Assembly: GCA_028534125.1 (NCBI GenBank)
Contig: CM052817.1
Span: 73,720,001 to 73,784,000, forward strand
From: Lama glama
Lineage: Eukaryota
Length of the DNA stretch: 64,000 bases
Reading direction: 5' to 3'
The notes under the pieces are model-generated. The model ran no database searches. It was given only the letters and a program-made list of their open reading frames with translations, and was not told where the DNA came from. Shown in pieces: positions 38,875 through 51,700 of the stretch (positions are counted from its first letter, which is position 1; each line of letters opens with the position of its first letter). Position numbers and translations under genes: made by a program.

Positions 38875-41800
38875 GTGTTTAAAAATGAAACTAAATAAGA
38901 CAAAACCAAAATGAAGTAAAACGAAGAAAGGAATAAGGACTTGTGTTACTTAATTCTGATGGATACTGAATTTATGCTATGTTTCCTGTAAACTAGTGAA
39001 AAAAGCCAAACACATTGAATTATGCAATTTTCCTAAATTAAAGATTAGTGAAAACAAGCATAGAGGCTTTTCTTATTCTAAACTTTTTCCTGTTATTGAA
39101 CTCAACTATAGTTCATCAAGAGATCCCATATAAAATAGACATAAGGACATTTCTTATATCTGCTTTATATGAAAACCAAATGTGTAGTAATATTTCATGA
39201 TTCAGTGAAGCCATTTCTGTAGTGGATAGAGACAACATGCCCTAGGTACATTGCTTTTTGGTGATATCACTGAACATCTACCCTGATGTTAATCTTGCAG
39301 AATGGATAGTTCATGTTTCTGTTCAATATAAGTTATCTCAGAACACTCTTTGATCAGAACTCACTACACTCATGATGAGTGTTCTAATAATTGCAGAAAC
39401 TGACAGTATCTTATGCTGTGATACAAAAAAAGACCTGTGTGCCTCAAACACTATATGTATAGGAGGCATTACTGGGAAAGTACCAGGCCCTGCCCTGTAT
39501 TTGAACCCAAACATAAAAGTTGTGACCTGTTTTGCATATCTACCTCCTTCCCACCTGCACAAAGTGAAAAAATATCTAACAACAAAACATCCTTTGGAAT
39601 GTGGGCCATTATTGCTAATTGACTTTGGTAAGTTAAAGAGGGTTAGTGTAGCTCCTGGGGGAAATTTGAATTTTAGAAACATAAAGTGAAGGACTCACCA
39701 AAATGGGTTAACTGCAAAGTATATTCTCAGGGAGTTAGCTGAGTCCTACTGAATGGGTTTATTTATCACTTGCCATTTAAAATACGATTAATTTATATGT
39801 TAGCTCATATTCACAAGATAAAACATTTTGGTGTTAAGTCCAGTTGATGCCGAGTTTTTTCTGATAACAATTACCCAACATACTCAGTTGCTAATTAAAT
39901 ATATTTTTGGCTAGAAATTCCAAAATCAAAACATTAGTGTAAAGACAGTTACTTATCTTTTATTTCCTACGGTTGAAAGACATGAATTCAATGATATGAC
40001 AGCAGTCCCGATTGGATTGCATTTTAAAAGAGGGCAGATTAAAAATTCAGAACATTTATAATTAGAATTTCACCCATCATCTGTGTCTTTACAACCACTC
40101 TAATTTCAGTAGGCAGTGTTACAGAAATTGAAGACACATGTATGTCCTGAATTTGACTTACATATTATGCATGGTTTAGTTTCTGAACTAATCCCTCATA
40201 TAGAAATTTTTAATCATATTCTTGTTGATTTTTTAAATAAAATGCAACTATATTGTAGTGGTTTGTATTGGGGTCGTTGTGTCCCCCTAATAGGTAGTTT
40301 ATTCTCATAAAATTCTTTTAATTTAGAGCCTCAGCCTTGTAATTAATTGAGAAGAAAGCTGGCCAGTTATTGAAAAAAATATTCTATCCTGTTTTGTGGA
40401 TTTGAATGCTTTTTGTTTTTTGTTTTGTGGGTTTGTATTAAAATGAGATCAGCTACATTTTGAAATCATGAAAAGAAAGCTCTGTGGGGTAAACTAAGAT
40501 AAACAGTTTGACATCAGAGGGCTCCTTAGGATAACCTCTCCTGAAACTGTTTAATTTAAATATTTATTTCAGTTTCATAAACTTTTAGATTATGTCAACT
40601 ATATTCTATTTGAGATGAAGTCCTGTTACCTTTAAGTTTAAAAAAATGTTATCCATATTTATTGAGAAATAAAAATAGGAAGTTTAGTGTTCTAGTAGTC
40701 TGGTCACAGCAAGTTAAAGCTTGCAACTGAGCTAATGCTGTAGCGGGAGAGGAGGGCTATCTCCCAGAGGGGAGGCTGAGAAGAGTATTGTAAAACTCTA
40801 ACTTCAGAAAATTGGTCACTCATGGAATCAAAGAAAAATATACACCTTTAAAAAATCTTAATTCTCAAACCTTTCTATTTTAAATTTGTGGAAAGTTACA
40901 TTCAGAACGCACTCTTGAGATCATTTTCAAGCCAGCGTAGAGGACTTGTTTTAAATAATGGATTGATGATTAGTTAATAATGCTTGACCCTTTATTAAAA
41001 ATGTAAACAAGATTCCCTGTAGATTTATCCCACATGCTGCCCATGTTATAGCATTTTAGAGATAAGTGAAAACCAGATTCAGTTTACTGTACCTTAGAGT
41101 AATTGGCAATAGGGGAGACATTTTTCCGGTTCATCTGGCCTGGGTTGGCATGGGAAGGATGGAGTGTGGAGCTGCAAAAAAGCCCTGATGTATATTATTT
41201 GCGGATTTACATAGTAAAATATTTCCATGACAGGAAAGGAAGATGTGATACTGGGAAATACTGGGAAATTAAGAAACTAGGAGAGAAGTCACCAACAAAT
41301 ATTGAAGAAATGCTTTCTTCTTCTGTTCCTTTTCCTCCTCATCCTTCAGCTGATTACAGCTCAGAAGCCATGGGCTTAGTCCAGGAAGATCTGATCTGTT
41401 TGGGGTGGTTAAAGGGCTCCAGAAATCTTAAGGTGGGAAATCCTCCATGTTTCCTCAGCTGGCAGTTTTAATTTACAGATTACACTTTTTTTTAAGTTAA
41501 ATATACATTGACATAAGATCAAATAATTTCTAAAAAGTAAAAGTGATCCAATGGGAAAATTCTAATGGAGTATAAAAGTCACCAGAAAGGAATTTTTTTT
41601 TTAACTGAAAGATAGAGAATTGCAGAAGAACAAATAAAATGATTCCCTATTCCTCCACCCTTGGAGAGGAACTTCATAAAAAATGGATCAATACAGAAAG
41701 TCACACATGGAGAGATTTTGTTATTTGAGCAAGATAACTGTTTGCCCCTTAAGTCAGAATTTACTAATAATTATATGGCATCATATTTTAGAAAGAAGAT

Positions 41801-42957
41801 AACAATTCCTGGGCAGAATAAATCCAGTTGTTCCCTAGGCACCTGGAAAAAATAGCTCCAGACCATGTACCTTTATTCCCATTTGGACAAAAATACTAAA
41901 AAATAGCTTATAAATTCCAGGGACTACTCAGTCTTTTTCTCTCAAATATATTACATTGTGTTGATTATTTACAAACATAATCTTTATCAAGATATTCCTT
42001 TATGCTCTCTTTATATTCATTCACTCATCCAACAGTATTTATAGAGTAGATACTATATGTCAAGCCTGGGGCTGAGAGCTAGGTAAAGAAATCACTGGAC
42101 TAGATGGTCTTCAGGGTCCCTTCGAACTCTCAGGTTCTGAAATCTCAGATGGAGTCAGAGATAGGAATTAAGGAAAAGGAAAGGCAACTTCTTGCAATAA
42201 ACACTTCAAAATGCAAAATTCTTTAAGTGTTAATTTGCTGTGCCATTTAGACAATTCCCAATGATTGGAACATTTGATTCTTACTGACTGAAGTAATAGA
42301 TCCATTCTCCAAAAGCATTTTAAGTAATGGCTCATGAGACAGAGTAAAAGATTTCTTCCTGTAAACAAATTAGGAAAACTGATAGAGGTCATGCTGAAGA
42401 ATGTGTAAAATAAAAAAGATACCAGGAAAGCTCAGTTAGCCTCTAAAAAATTCCTAACCTATGGTCATACTTGACTGTTAGAATGAGTTTACTGTTTGTG
42501 AAGTAGATTACATCTACTTAAATTAAATACTTCCTGTTACCAAAGAGACTGGGTGTGGAGTAATTGGCTCAGAAGACGACTTTAAAGATGTTGAGTAATT
42601 AGCTCAGAAAACAACTTTAAAATGTAACACTTTCCTTGGTCTAGTAAAGGGAGTGAAGATTAATTTTTCTTTGTTGAATCATTTGTGTATAGTCAACACC
42701 ATTAACATCATTTGCATGCTGATAGAATGCAGGTGTCATAAAACTCCATCTTTTTCAAGTTTCATTATATTGTTGATTCATTTGTTAAATTCTCTAGGAA
42801 TGTACCTAATAATAAATTTCAAAAATGCTTTAATACTTACCACGTTGTGCCAGTAAATATATAGAAACCACAACATGCGTGTATTAATAATACAACTATG
42901 TTGGTGAGAAACCAGGACCATGTTTTATAAAGAAAAACAAATATTACTTTATTTTTG

Positions 42958-44717
42958 GCGGAGCAGCAAGCGGGAAGAACCACTGTGCGCGCCCGGGTGT
43001 CAGTCCCAGTGGCTGCGGTCCACGCGCCCCGCGCCGCCCTCTCGGAGGCGGAATGAGCCCGGCGCGGCCAGTTTGTGGCAGGCAAGCATCGCGGCGGACC
43101 GCAAGGACCTTACCTACGGTGTGTCTTTCTTTTTCCACGGGCGGCGAATGGCCACCTGCTCCAGCGACCAGAGCAGTCAAGGTCTGCGGTGAAAGTGGGG
43201 ACTGGCATTGCGCGGCTAGCTGGAAGACACGTAGTGGATCTGTGTGGCGTGTGACATGGCCCCAACCTGAATTTGGACAGGTTTTGGCCTCCTATTCTTT
43301 TGACCGAACAGCTGCCGTACGGGAAGAAATACTAGGAGAGTCGAATGACAAACTATGAGGACGGAGCCACTGGGTGAAGAGGACAACTCTAGTGGACAGT
43401 AGAATGTCCATTACCAATGTGAAATTCGCTCCTAAGCACATGGGCTTCATGTTAGCGACCTGCTCAGAAGATGGTATCGTGAGGGTGTATGAGGCACCAG
43501 ATGTAATGAACCTTAGCCAGTGGTCTCTGCAGCACAAGATCTCAGGCAAGCTGAGCTGCAGCTGTATTTCTTGGAACCCTTCAAGCTGTGGTGCTCACCC
43601 ACTATGATCGCGGTAGGAAGTGACGACAGCAGTCCAAACGCAATGGCCAAGGTTCAGATTTTCAAATTTAGTGAAAACACCAGGAAATATGCAAAAGCTG
43701 AAACCCTCATGACAGTCACAGAGCCTGTACATGAGATTGCATTTGCTCCAAACTTGGGAAGGTCTTTCCACATTCTAGCCATAGCAACCAAAGATGTGAG
43801 GAGTTTTACATTAAAGCCTGTGGGCAGGAAAGAACTTACATCCTCCGGTGGGCTGACAAAATTTGAAATCCATATAGTGGCTCGGTTTGATAATCACAAT
43901 TCTCAGGTCTGGCGAGTGAGTTGGAATATAGTAGGTGTAGTGCTGGCATCCTCAGGCCATGATGGCTGTGTGAGACTATGGAAAGCTAATCACATGGACG
44001 ATTGGAAATGTACCGGAATCCTCAAAGGTAACAGGAGCCTGGTCAGTGGGAGTTCTCAGCAGGGAAGCTCAAATCCTCCCCTAGGGTCCAGTATCCCAAA
44101 TCTTCCAAATTCATTAAATGGATCTTCTGCTGGCAGAAAGCACAGCTGAGTCCCAGCTATCTGGAGTAACTTGCTGTTTTACTGCTTGTTGCATGCACAC
44201 AGGAATGAAAAGCCACCTCGTTTTCCCCTTACCCAGCGCTGTTTGACCTCTCCCAAGATACACCAGCGGCCTGCTTCCTACTAAACACAATCCAAAAGGC
44301 AAAAGGCCTTTAAAAATACAGTGTACATCTTTTTCCTTTTCTTTTTTTCTTTTTCTTTCTTTCTTCCTTCCTTCCTTCCTCCCTCCCTCCCTCTCTTTCT
44401 TTCTTTCTTTTTTTTTTTTTTTGACTAGCCAGTTTATTGACACTATTTGAAACTTTCCAAATATAAACAGAGAGGCTTTTTGTTGAGACATGGTCACAAA
44501 AACAATGTTTTGAAATGTTCTGAAACTAACATGGGTTTTAAAATGAAAGGATGTTACTATCATCCTTATTAGTCATTGAGAGGAGGGAAAATACCACTTT
44601 ATTCCATCTGAAAAATATATACAGGCTTATGTCTTTTATTGTCTAAAACAATAAGCTAAAATGAATTTCTGTAATTTTAATTTGAAGATTGAATAAATAT
44701 TTTTCATAGAGATAAAA
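42958..44717 (+). pseudogene. SEH1L: Full-length processed pseudogene of nucleoporin SEH1L (isoform ending ...SSAGRKHS)
   Basis: Intronless WD40 sequence (SIAADRKDL...[21 protein letters not shown]...; [20 protein letters not shown]...GSSAGRKHS). ATG lost near 43070, frameshifts near 43080, 43175 and 43600, nonsense TGA at 43356-43358. GC-rich 5' UTR, 3' UTR, AATAAA at 44692-44697. Exact 15-bp TSD ATTACTTTATTTTTG at 42943-42957 and 44719-44733. Confidence 0.96.
44328..44422. repeat. Compound (CTTT)/(CCTT)/(CCCT)/poly-T tract inside the SEH1L retrocopy 3' UTR
   Basis: Directly visible. Confidence 0.9.
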
Positions 44718-45593
44718 GATTACTTTATTTTTGAGTCAAATATAAAAGCCTGAATACTTTTCATAAGAAAATCATTAAGTGTAAGATGTACAATGATCAC
44801 AAACAGGAAATCTGCCATATAGCAATTTGTATTTGTATTTTTTTACATGTATGACAAGATCTACTTTCAAACTTTGTGTCAGTATAATACATGTAGATAT
44901 CATTTTAGTGAAATTTTCAAGGGTTTTTTTTCAATGCAATGGTGACTAATTCATTTTTCAGAAATTTAGATAGGTGGGAAACCAGATATTACAGTACTAT
45001 CAGGGATTATAAAATAACTTAAATTTTTGGAAAAAAAACTCAAGACAAATTAGTGACATAGTACTAAATGTCTTTTAAGTACAATGTTGTCATTACAAAG
45101 TTGTGTTACCTTAGAAATTGTCCTACGGGTCTATTCACTTTTTGTGAAAAGGGTATTTCCCTACCATTTGTTATAATACTTTTATAGCTTACTTAAAATA
45201 CTTAAAATACCTTACTAGGAGATTTATTTAAAGCTTTCTATGTTCTAAAACTGGACAGATTTTATTTCTGGCTGGCACAACAAATGATATAGGGTTGCTC
45301 TTTTTTTTTTTTTCTCACTGGAAAAGTATTTAGATATTTCTTAGTCTAAAAGGAAAGTTTGTTGAAATGAAGTTACCAAATCCACATTTCTTATGAATAT
45401 TTACCTCTTTGCCTCTCTGAATTAAAACCACTGAAAATTAGTCTCTCTGAAATTAGTAGCTTCAAGCTAATGCAAAAAGAAAGAGAAAATGAAGGGAATG
45501 AGAGTCTGTCCTCTGGGTTATACTCTTGCATAAGGTCAGCAGCTGTCTGCCTCGTCATTACCCACTTCTGAGCCTTGTTTGCCTCTGTTCTAG

Positions 45594-45692
45594 AATGGAC
45601 TCAACGCTCTCCATCTGGCTGCCAAGGAGGGCCATGTGGGGCTGGTTCAGGAGCTGCTGGGAAGAGGGTCTGCTGTGGACTCTGCCACTAAG
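45594..45692 (+). CDS. ANK2: Ankyrin-2 coding exon, equivalent to human exon 3 (99 bp, one ankyrin-repeat unit)
   Basis: Translates [33 protein letters not shown]. Acceptor ctgttctag; donor AAG|GTAATG. In frame with the preceding exon. Not in the ORF track. Confidence 0.97.
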
Positions 45693-47829
45693 GTAATGTT
45701 CATGCTGGTAGAATTTATTTCCTTGGAAGAGAGGAAGTGATTTACAGCTTCTTTCCCCTGGTTATAGATTTCGGAGGTTTGCTGGAACACCAGGATTCTT
45801 AACAATGCAGAACTGAAATAGAAACCCTGTCCGTTAAACTTTGCGAAGTTTGAATTGTTTCCTTTAGGGACTTAACAGAGACTGAAGAATTCTGTATCTC
45901 TAGTTTCTAATGTTTTATCTTTTTCCCTTTGATTCACAGAGACTAGATTGATATACTCCTTTGTAGACAACAGCACCTAATTTCCCAAAGTTAATTCATT
46001 TTTTGAATAAATTGATATAGTAAACTCAGTGGAAAGGAGCAAGTAATTTTCATGCTTTAAGTTGTTATGTCTTTTAATGTACTCAGTTAACTTGGTAAAA
46101 TAATATACAGATCCTTTATACTATAATGGTAAAGAGATTTTGGATCATGGGTTGAATTATTAGGGTAAAATTAGATTTTGTCACTATCATGTGTGTTTGT
46201 AAAAACTTGAATTTATTTTTAAAGAAATGTACAAGATGCTTGGTTTACTAGAACTATTGCTTCCTTGTTGATACTGCTTTTGCTAAAATATATTTGAACT
46301 TTGCCTTTGGGGAATCATTTCAGAAATAACTGAGATTTTAAGAAATAGCATCAGTGGTGACAAATCTTTGTCTTCAGAAGGTGAAATTTTAATTTGGAAA
46401 AAACCAGTAACCAATCAGAATCAAGCCTGCTGACCAGGGCTGGGGTGTGATAATTTGGTTGTGGGAAATGCAGGGAGAGGTGACAGTCATTCAGACCTTC
46501 AGCTGAGGCATTAACCTAACCAGGGATAGACAAAAAGAGTGCTGGAATAAATTAGGAGTATGGCCAGTTAACCCAGATTTCCAATATCTCTCATGCATAA
46601 TTGCCAAAATGTAGAATGACCCTGCTCACAGTAATACAGCAGTTCTAGTCAAAATTTAAAAACAAAAACAAAATAAAAAACTTCAGCAATTCCAAAGTTA
46701 AAATGTAAGTTCACTGTATGCAGTACATTCTTTACCTTAAACATAGAGAATACACATTTTTATTAACATTTCCCTTGACCACATCAAATAAATGTTATAC
46801 ATATATTTAAAGAATGTCAGTTTGAATGTGTATCGAATTATTTGCTTTCCCTGAATTGCTCATATTAATATCTTCATTAAACCAAACACTTTTTCTTGCT
46901 TAAGTGTTTGTTTTATTATCATTTTTCCTTTTCTTTTAAACTCTATTGATGTTTTAAAATATGGGTTCACTTTCAATCACAGGTTACAATTTAGACACAG
47001 AAAAAAATCTCATGAAAAGCTCCTCATTTAAAGAGGAGGCAACTGAGCCTTCAAATCAGTATGTGAGGCCCACAGTCAGTTGGTAACAAAAAGAACTAGT
47101 GTCCAAAACTTATGGCTTTGAATGTACAGATATATTTGTTTATTAATTTTTTCTTTTTGTTATTTATTTTAATCACGTCATAGGCATCGTTTAATCTCTT
47201 AGCCTATATTTTCTTTTTATGAAAAGATTAAATTATTTTTCATTTTTGTTTGGTACTGTGGATGGTAAATTTTGATGTAGCAAATGGTAGAAATTATTGG
47301 TAACGTTATATAGTTCACACAAAATTTACTATTTTATTCCCAAAATATTTTGAACAACCATGTGTTCTGGTGACTCAACATATAACAGACTTGTCAGTTT
47401 CTTTACCACTTATAATTCCTAGGTTTTCCTGCAAGGTGAAATAAACTCAGTGGTTCAGATAAGCTTTTTTTTTTAGTTAACTTTACCTTGTTGTAGGACT
47501 CTTTAGTTGTTAATTAAATAACATGAATGATAATATTGTCACATAACACATATACACATACCCCCACCCCACTTAAATTATTTGATTAAGAACTCAGTCC
47601 TTCTATGTTCTTAACACTACACTAGAATTGTTCAGGATAGAAAAGAAAGACGCTATTTGAGATGGCCAATGTTTTGATGATAAAAATTATCTTTTCCCAA
47701 GGTGGACTGCTGTCTCAATAGAATGACAAGTTTTAACCACTTGAAGTAATCAGCAAAATTGAAAGTGCTTGTCGATTTTGATTTTTACATTTGGAAACTA
47801 ACATTTTCTATTTTGTTTCTCCAAAACAG

Positions 47830-47928
47830 AAAGGAAATACTGCTCTTCACATTGCATCTTTGGCTGGACAAGCAGAAGTTGTCAAAGTTCTCGTTAAGGA
47901 AGGAGCCAATATTAATGCACAATCTCAG
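47830..47928 (+). CDS. ANK2: Ankyrin-2 coding exon, equivalent to human exon 4 (99 bp)
   Basis: Translates [33 protein letters not shown]. Acceptor ccaaaacag; donor CAG|GTATGA. Confidence 0.97.
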
Positions 47929-49284
47929 GTATGACATTCAGATTTTCTCTGATGTAAATGAGTTTAAATTAGAACAGCTTTGTGAAATTGATTTAATGGT
48001 TTAGCCAGCTGTTGGGAAGATAATGTTTACTATAAACACTCTGATTTGTTTCAGCCAAATTATTTTATTAACTCATGCCATGATATTTCTTCTTTTCTTC
48101 GTGTATCATGATCTCCCTCTTAATATAACTGAAAATTTGACAAGTGCACAGTCTATCATTCTTTAAGTACATTAAAAAAAAAAGTGTTTTTTCCTAGAAT
48201 GACAGTGACATCTGTGAAATATGAATTATTAATACAAGTTGTATTGCTCTATAAAAGTATTTTATATATATATACTCTATAAAAATAGCTTCTCTCCTTA
48301 AATTTTAAAAATTCTCAAAAAATCAGTATTCCAGTGGGAAATCTGCTATAAAGTGAGAATTGCATTATTTTGGGTACTTCACATGTCAAATGTGGGCTTT
48401 ACAAAACTCCTGAGGGAAACAGGAAAATTTGAGACCCACAGCCTTATGATGAATATAATAATAATTATATAGGATAGGAAATGATATTTTTAAAATGAAA
48501 TTAACAATTTTAAGAGAATAATCAAAATATATCATACTATAAACTTGACCCCTATTTTATTTTTCTGGTTGAAAGTGGGAAGAAAATTTTGCTTTGGCCA
48601 AAACTTTACTCTTGGTATCTAAAATGTATTTATGCAGAAATTGAGATGCATATATTTATAATCAGATCCATTCGTTTTCTCTTTTTTTTAAAGTCTTTAA
48701 CCTTTCTAATAACATAGACCACACCCAGGGGCTGTTGGCAAAAATAAACCTGTTCCTTTCTATCCACTCTTTGGGATAACGTCACCGGCTTGTCTTTAAA
48801 GGCCTTTGTATAGGAATATCTGTTACCTGTGTTGTCCATTCATCCATCATCTAGACACGGCTCTAGTTGAATGAAGGGCACAAGTTCTAGACCCATAAAA
48901 TACTAATGGAGAAAAATTAGAATCACCCCTATGTTCTTTGACCTCAGTTGTAGGGAAGAATCTGTTGAAATGGTGAGAGACATGACATTATCCATTTTTA
49001 TCTCTATAATATCATACTGTTTTAAAAGATCACATTTCTCCTTACAACCCAAATTTTTGGTTAAATGCACGTCAATATTTGAACACTTACTGAGAATATG
49101 CCATATTCTGAAATCTTTATTAAATGAAAAATTTTAAAATTGATATCATCTGTAAAGTACTCTGGTATATTCTATAGAGTATGGCAACCTGAGCTTGGAG
49201 ACATAGGACACTACAAAATCTCCTGCTCCAAAGGAAGGGCTAAAAGCTTTTTTTGATAGCTAGACAACATTTTTTTGCTTTAGA

Positions 49285-49442
49285 ACAGCATCACCTGTGT
49301 CACCTGTAGGCCTTGTTTCTGGGTCCCAGCCTAGAGTTTCTGATTCACTTCCAGTGAGGGACCTGAGAATGTTCATTTCTCACAAGTCTTCAGGTAGCGC
49401 TGATGCTACTGGTCCAGGGACCACACTTTGAGAAGCACTACT
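49285..49442. mobile_element. MER5A-type hAT MITE (partial)
   Basis: GAGTTTCTGATTCA...GCTGATGCTACTGGTCCAGGGACCACACTTTGAGAAGCACT. Confidence 0.75.
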
Positions 49443-51207
49443 TTAGAGACTGTAAGAGAAAACTGGGTGTAGGAATATTGCAGCAATATTGTCTAAATAC
49501 AGATTCCACAACCTGCGTGAATCAATAGTTTGTGTACTTAAAAAAGCATAGAGATGAAAGCATTGAATTGACTGTAGGAGGTTTCTTTTGATGGGAAGTT
49601 CACATGTATGTTGGCACTGTTAATATGTATAAAAAGAACTTGATTATTTTCCTCAAAATGACTGGTTGAACATAGTGATTTCAAAAAAATGCCGCAAGGT
49701 AAAAGCTTGTAATAGTTGTATCAGTTATTATGCTGTGTTTGTTAGAAATGTATATGCTTTGGGGACTTTTCCAGGAGAACAAGCTAAAATCATTTAATCA
49801 GTAATTTGCTTTCAGTATCAGTGAGCCTGTGCTTTAGAGTCACAATCATGCCAGATCATAACAGATCTTAAAGAAAGATATATATTATCATTAAGAGATT
49901 AAAATAGTCTTTATTTGTACTGTATTCCGTTAGCTCAATTTAGATTTATATTGTAGGGAATCCTGACAGATAGCTTCACACTGATTTTTATATTGAGAAA
50001 AAGTTTTAGACTGAGAAAAATTAATAATTACAATTGGGGATTTTTTTCTAAATGTCTAAGTCATTTGATAAGACCTGTAACCTTATTTGCTATATTAAAT
50101 TTAGGTAGCCATCATTACCAATTAATAAAAACTATTATTACTTACTTAGAATATTTTATAATTTAATAATTGAAATTAAAATGCAGGAATTTATATAAAG
50201 TAGGTTGATTATTTTGCCTTTTGAGAGAGCAAATTCCAAAGGCATGGTTTTAAGGATTATTGGGGGTGAATATGAGTCCTTCTCCATGTGTGATTCTTCT
50301 CTGTTGCGTCCTGTTTAAGATACGGATTTCTTGTGTGACAATGATGGATATCGGGTGAATTGGTTGGAGCCATGATTATAATAGTTAGACAGTCACTCAC
50401 TTTTGAGAGCCAGAGAAAGGGCACAGGTACCCCACATGCACAACATAAATTCTGAATTTTGTACCCAAGTTATACCTTCTCCTCCATCTTTGTAAGAACA
50501 CAATGCAAAACAAGTGCAGAGTAGTCTGTTATTATAGGAACGTGGGTGACTGCATGGTAGTTTGCATTTGGTGAACTTCCAAATTATTTGGAAATGGAGC
50601 ACTAAGGTTATTGTTGAACTAAGAAGGTGAAAAACTCTCTGAAAAGCTCCAGGGAACAACTATTCAGTAAACATTTACAGGCTTCTAGGTTGTGCAGAGG
50701 TGTGCCTCTATGGAATTTTCTGTATTCTCTACATAATCTGTGAGGCCCATGTGAGGCTTACCTTCAAGTGACACTGTGCCAATTTTGATAGGCAGTGCTA
50801 TAATTTGTGAAGAAATTCCAGAACACCAGTAGGAGCAGTTTAAGTATTTTAAATAGAATTATGTGATTAATATAAAACTATCAACAAATATTTCCGTTTC
50901 TGTGCTTCCGTCGTAGCAGTGTAGTTTCTACTGAGCAAGTTTTTGGTGCAGTTTTAAGCCTTGCCCCGACCATGGAGCTCTCTGGCTTGGTTCTTTGGTC
51001 TCCTGGATTTAGTGGCATGCAGGTCTCATCAAGACGTCAGTGAAGGCTGTTTTGGTGGAATAATGGGGCTGGGAGTCAAATTAGAGTGATTTGAGGAACA
51101 CTGTTTGCCCTGGGGGTGGTTGCTTGCTTTCTGAAAGCACAGACACGTTCATAAAATCTAAGCATATTAACATCTTCTAAACAGTCCTATATAAAGGATG
51201 CTGGAAT

Positions 51208-51258
51208 TTTTTGTTTGTTTGTTTGTTTTTTGTTTTTTGTTTTTTGTTTTTGTCGTTA

Positions 51259-51289
<31 letters not shown>

Positions 51290-51290
51290 G
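51208..51290. repeat. (TTTG/TTTTG)n low-complexity repeat
   Basis: Directly visible. Confidence 0.85.
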
Positions 51291-51528
51291 TGGAATTTTT
51301 TCCAGTTATCTGTACAGACATTTGTCACTTTTATAACCTGTAAATCTACTAGATTCAGAGATACGACTTTTAAAAAATCGTCCCAATTACATATTATCAA
51401 AGAAGTTATATTTTTAAAAAGGTTTTAAAATATTCTCAGAGTGGTGATTATCTTTACATTTTGGTAGCATTTTTTGCCTGTTGATATTTGCCCATCTTAG
51501 GTTTATTTTTTTAAAATTTATCTACAGT

Positions 51529-51616
51529 GGGGAAGTGTATAGCTCAGTGGTAGAGTATGTGCTTAGCATGCATGGAGTCCTGGATTCAATCCCCAGTACT
51601 GCCACTTAAAAATAAA

Positions 51617-51656
<40 letters not shown>

Positions 51657-51700
51657 TCTAATTACCCCTCCCCACCTGCACAATAATTTTTTTAAAAGAT
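51529..51700 (+). mobile_element. Vic-1-type SINE with expanded (TAAG)n microsatellite
   Basis: Same A/B-box head as the other copies. (TAAG)n at ~51617-51653 replaces the (TAAA)n linker. Confidence 0.85.

Noticed and set aside
39338..39689. Overlapping 105-114 aa ORFs on both strands and other short ORFs in the track
   Set aside because: No recognisable protein similarity or exon structure; consistent with chance intronic ORFs.
43520..44149. 209-aa ORF as a functional SEH1L retrogene
   Set aside because: The upstream half has lost its ATG and has frameshifts and a stop. The remainder is a partial propeller with many non-conservative changes.
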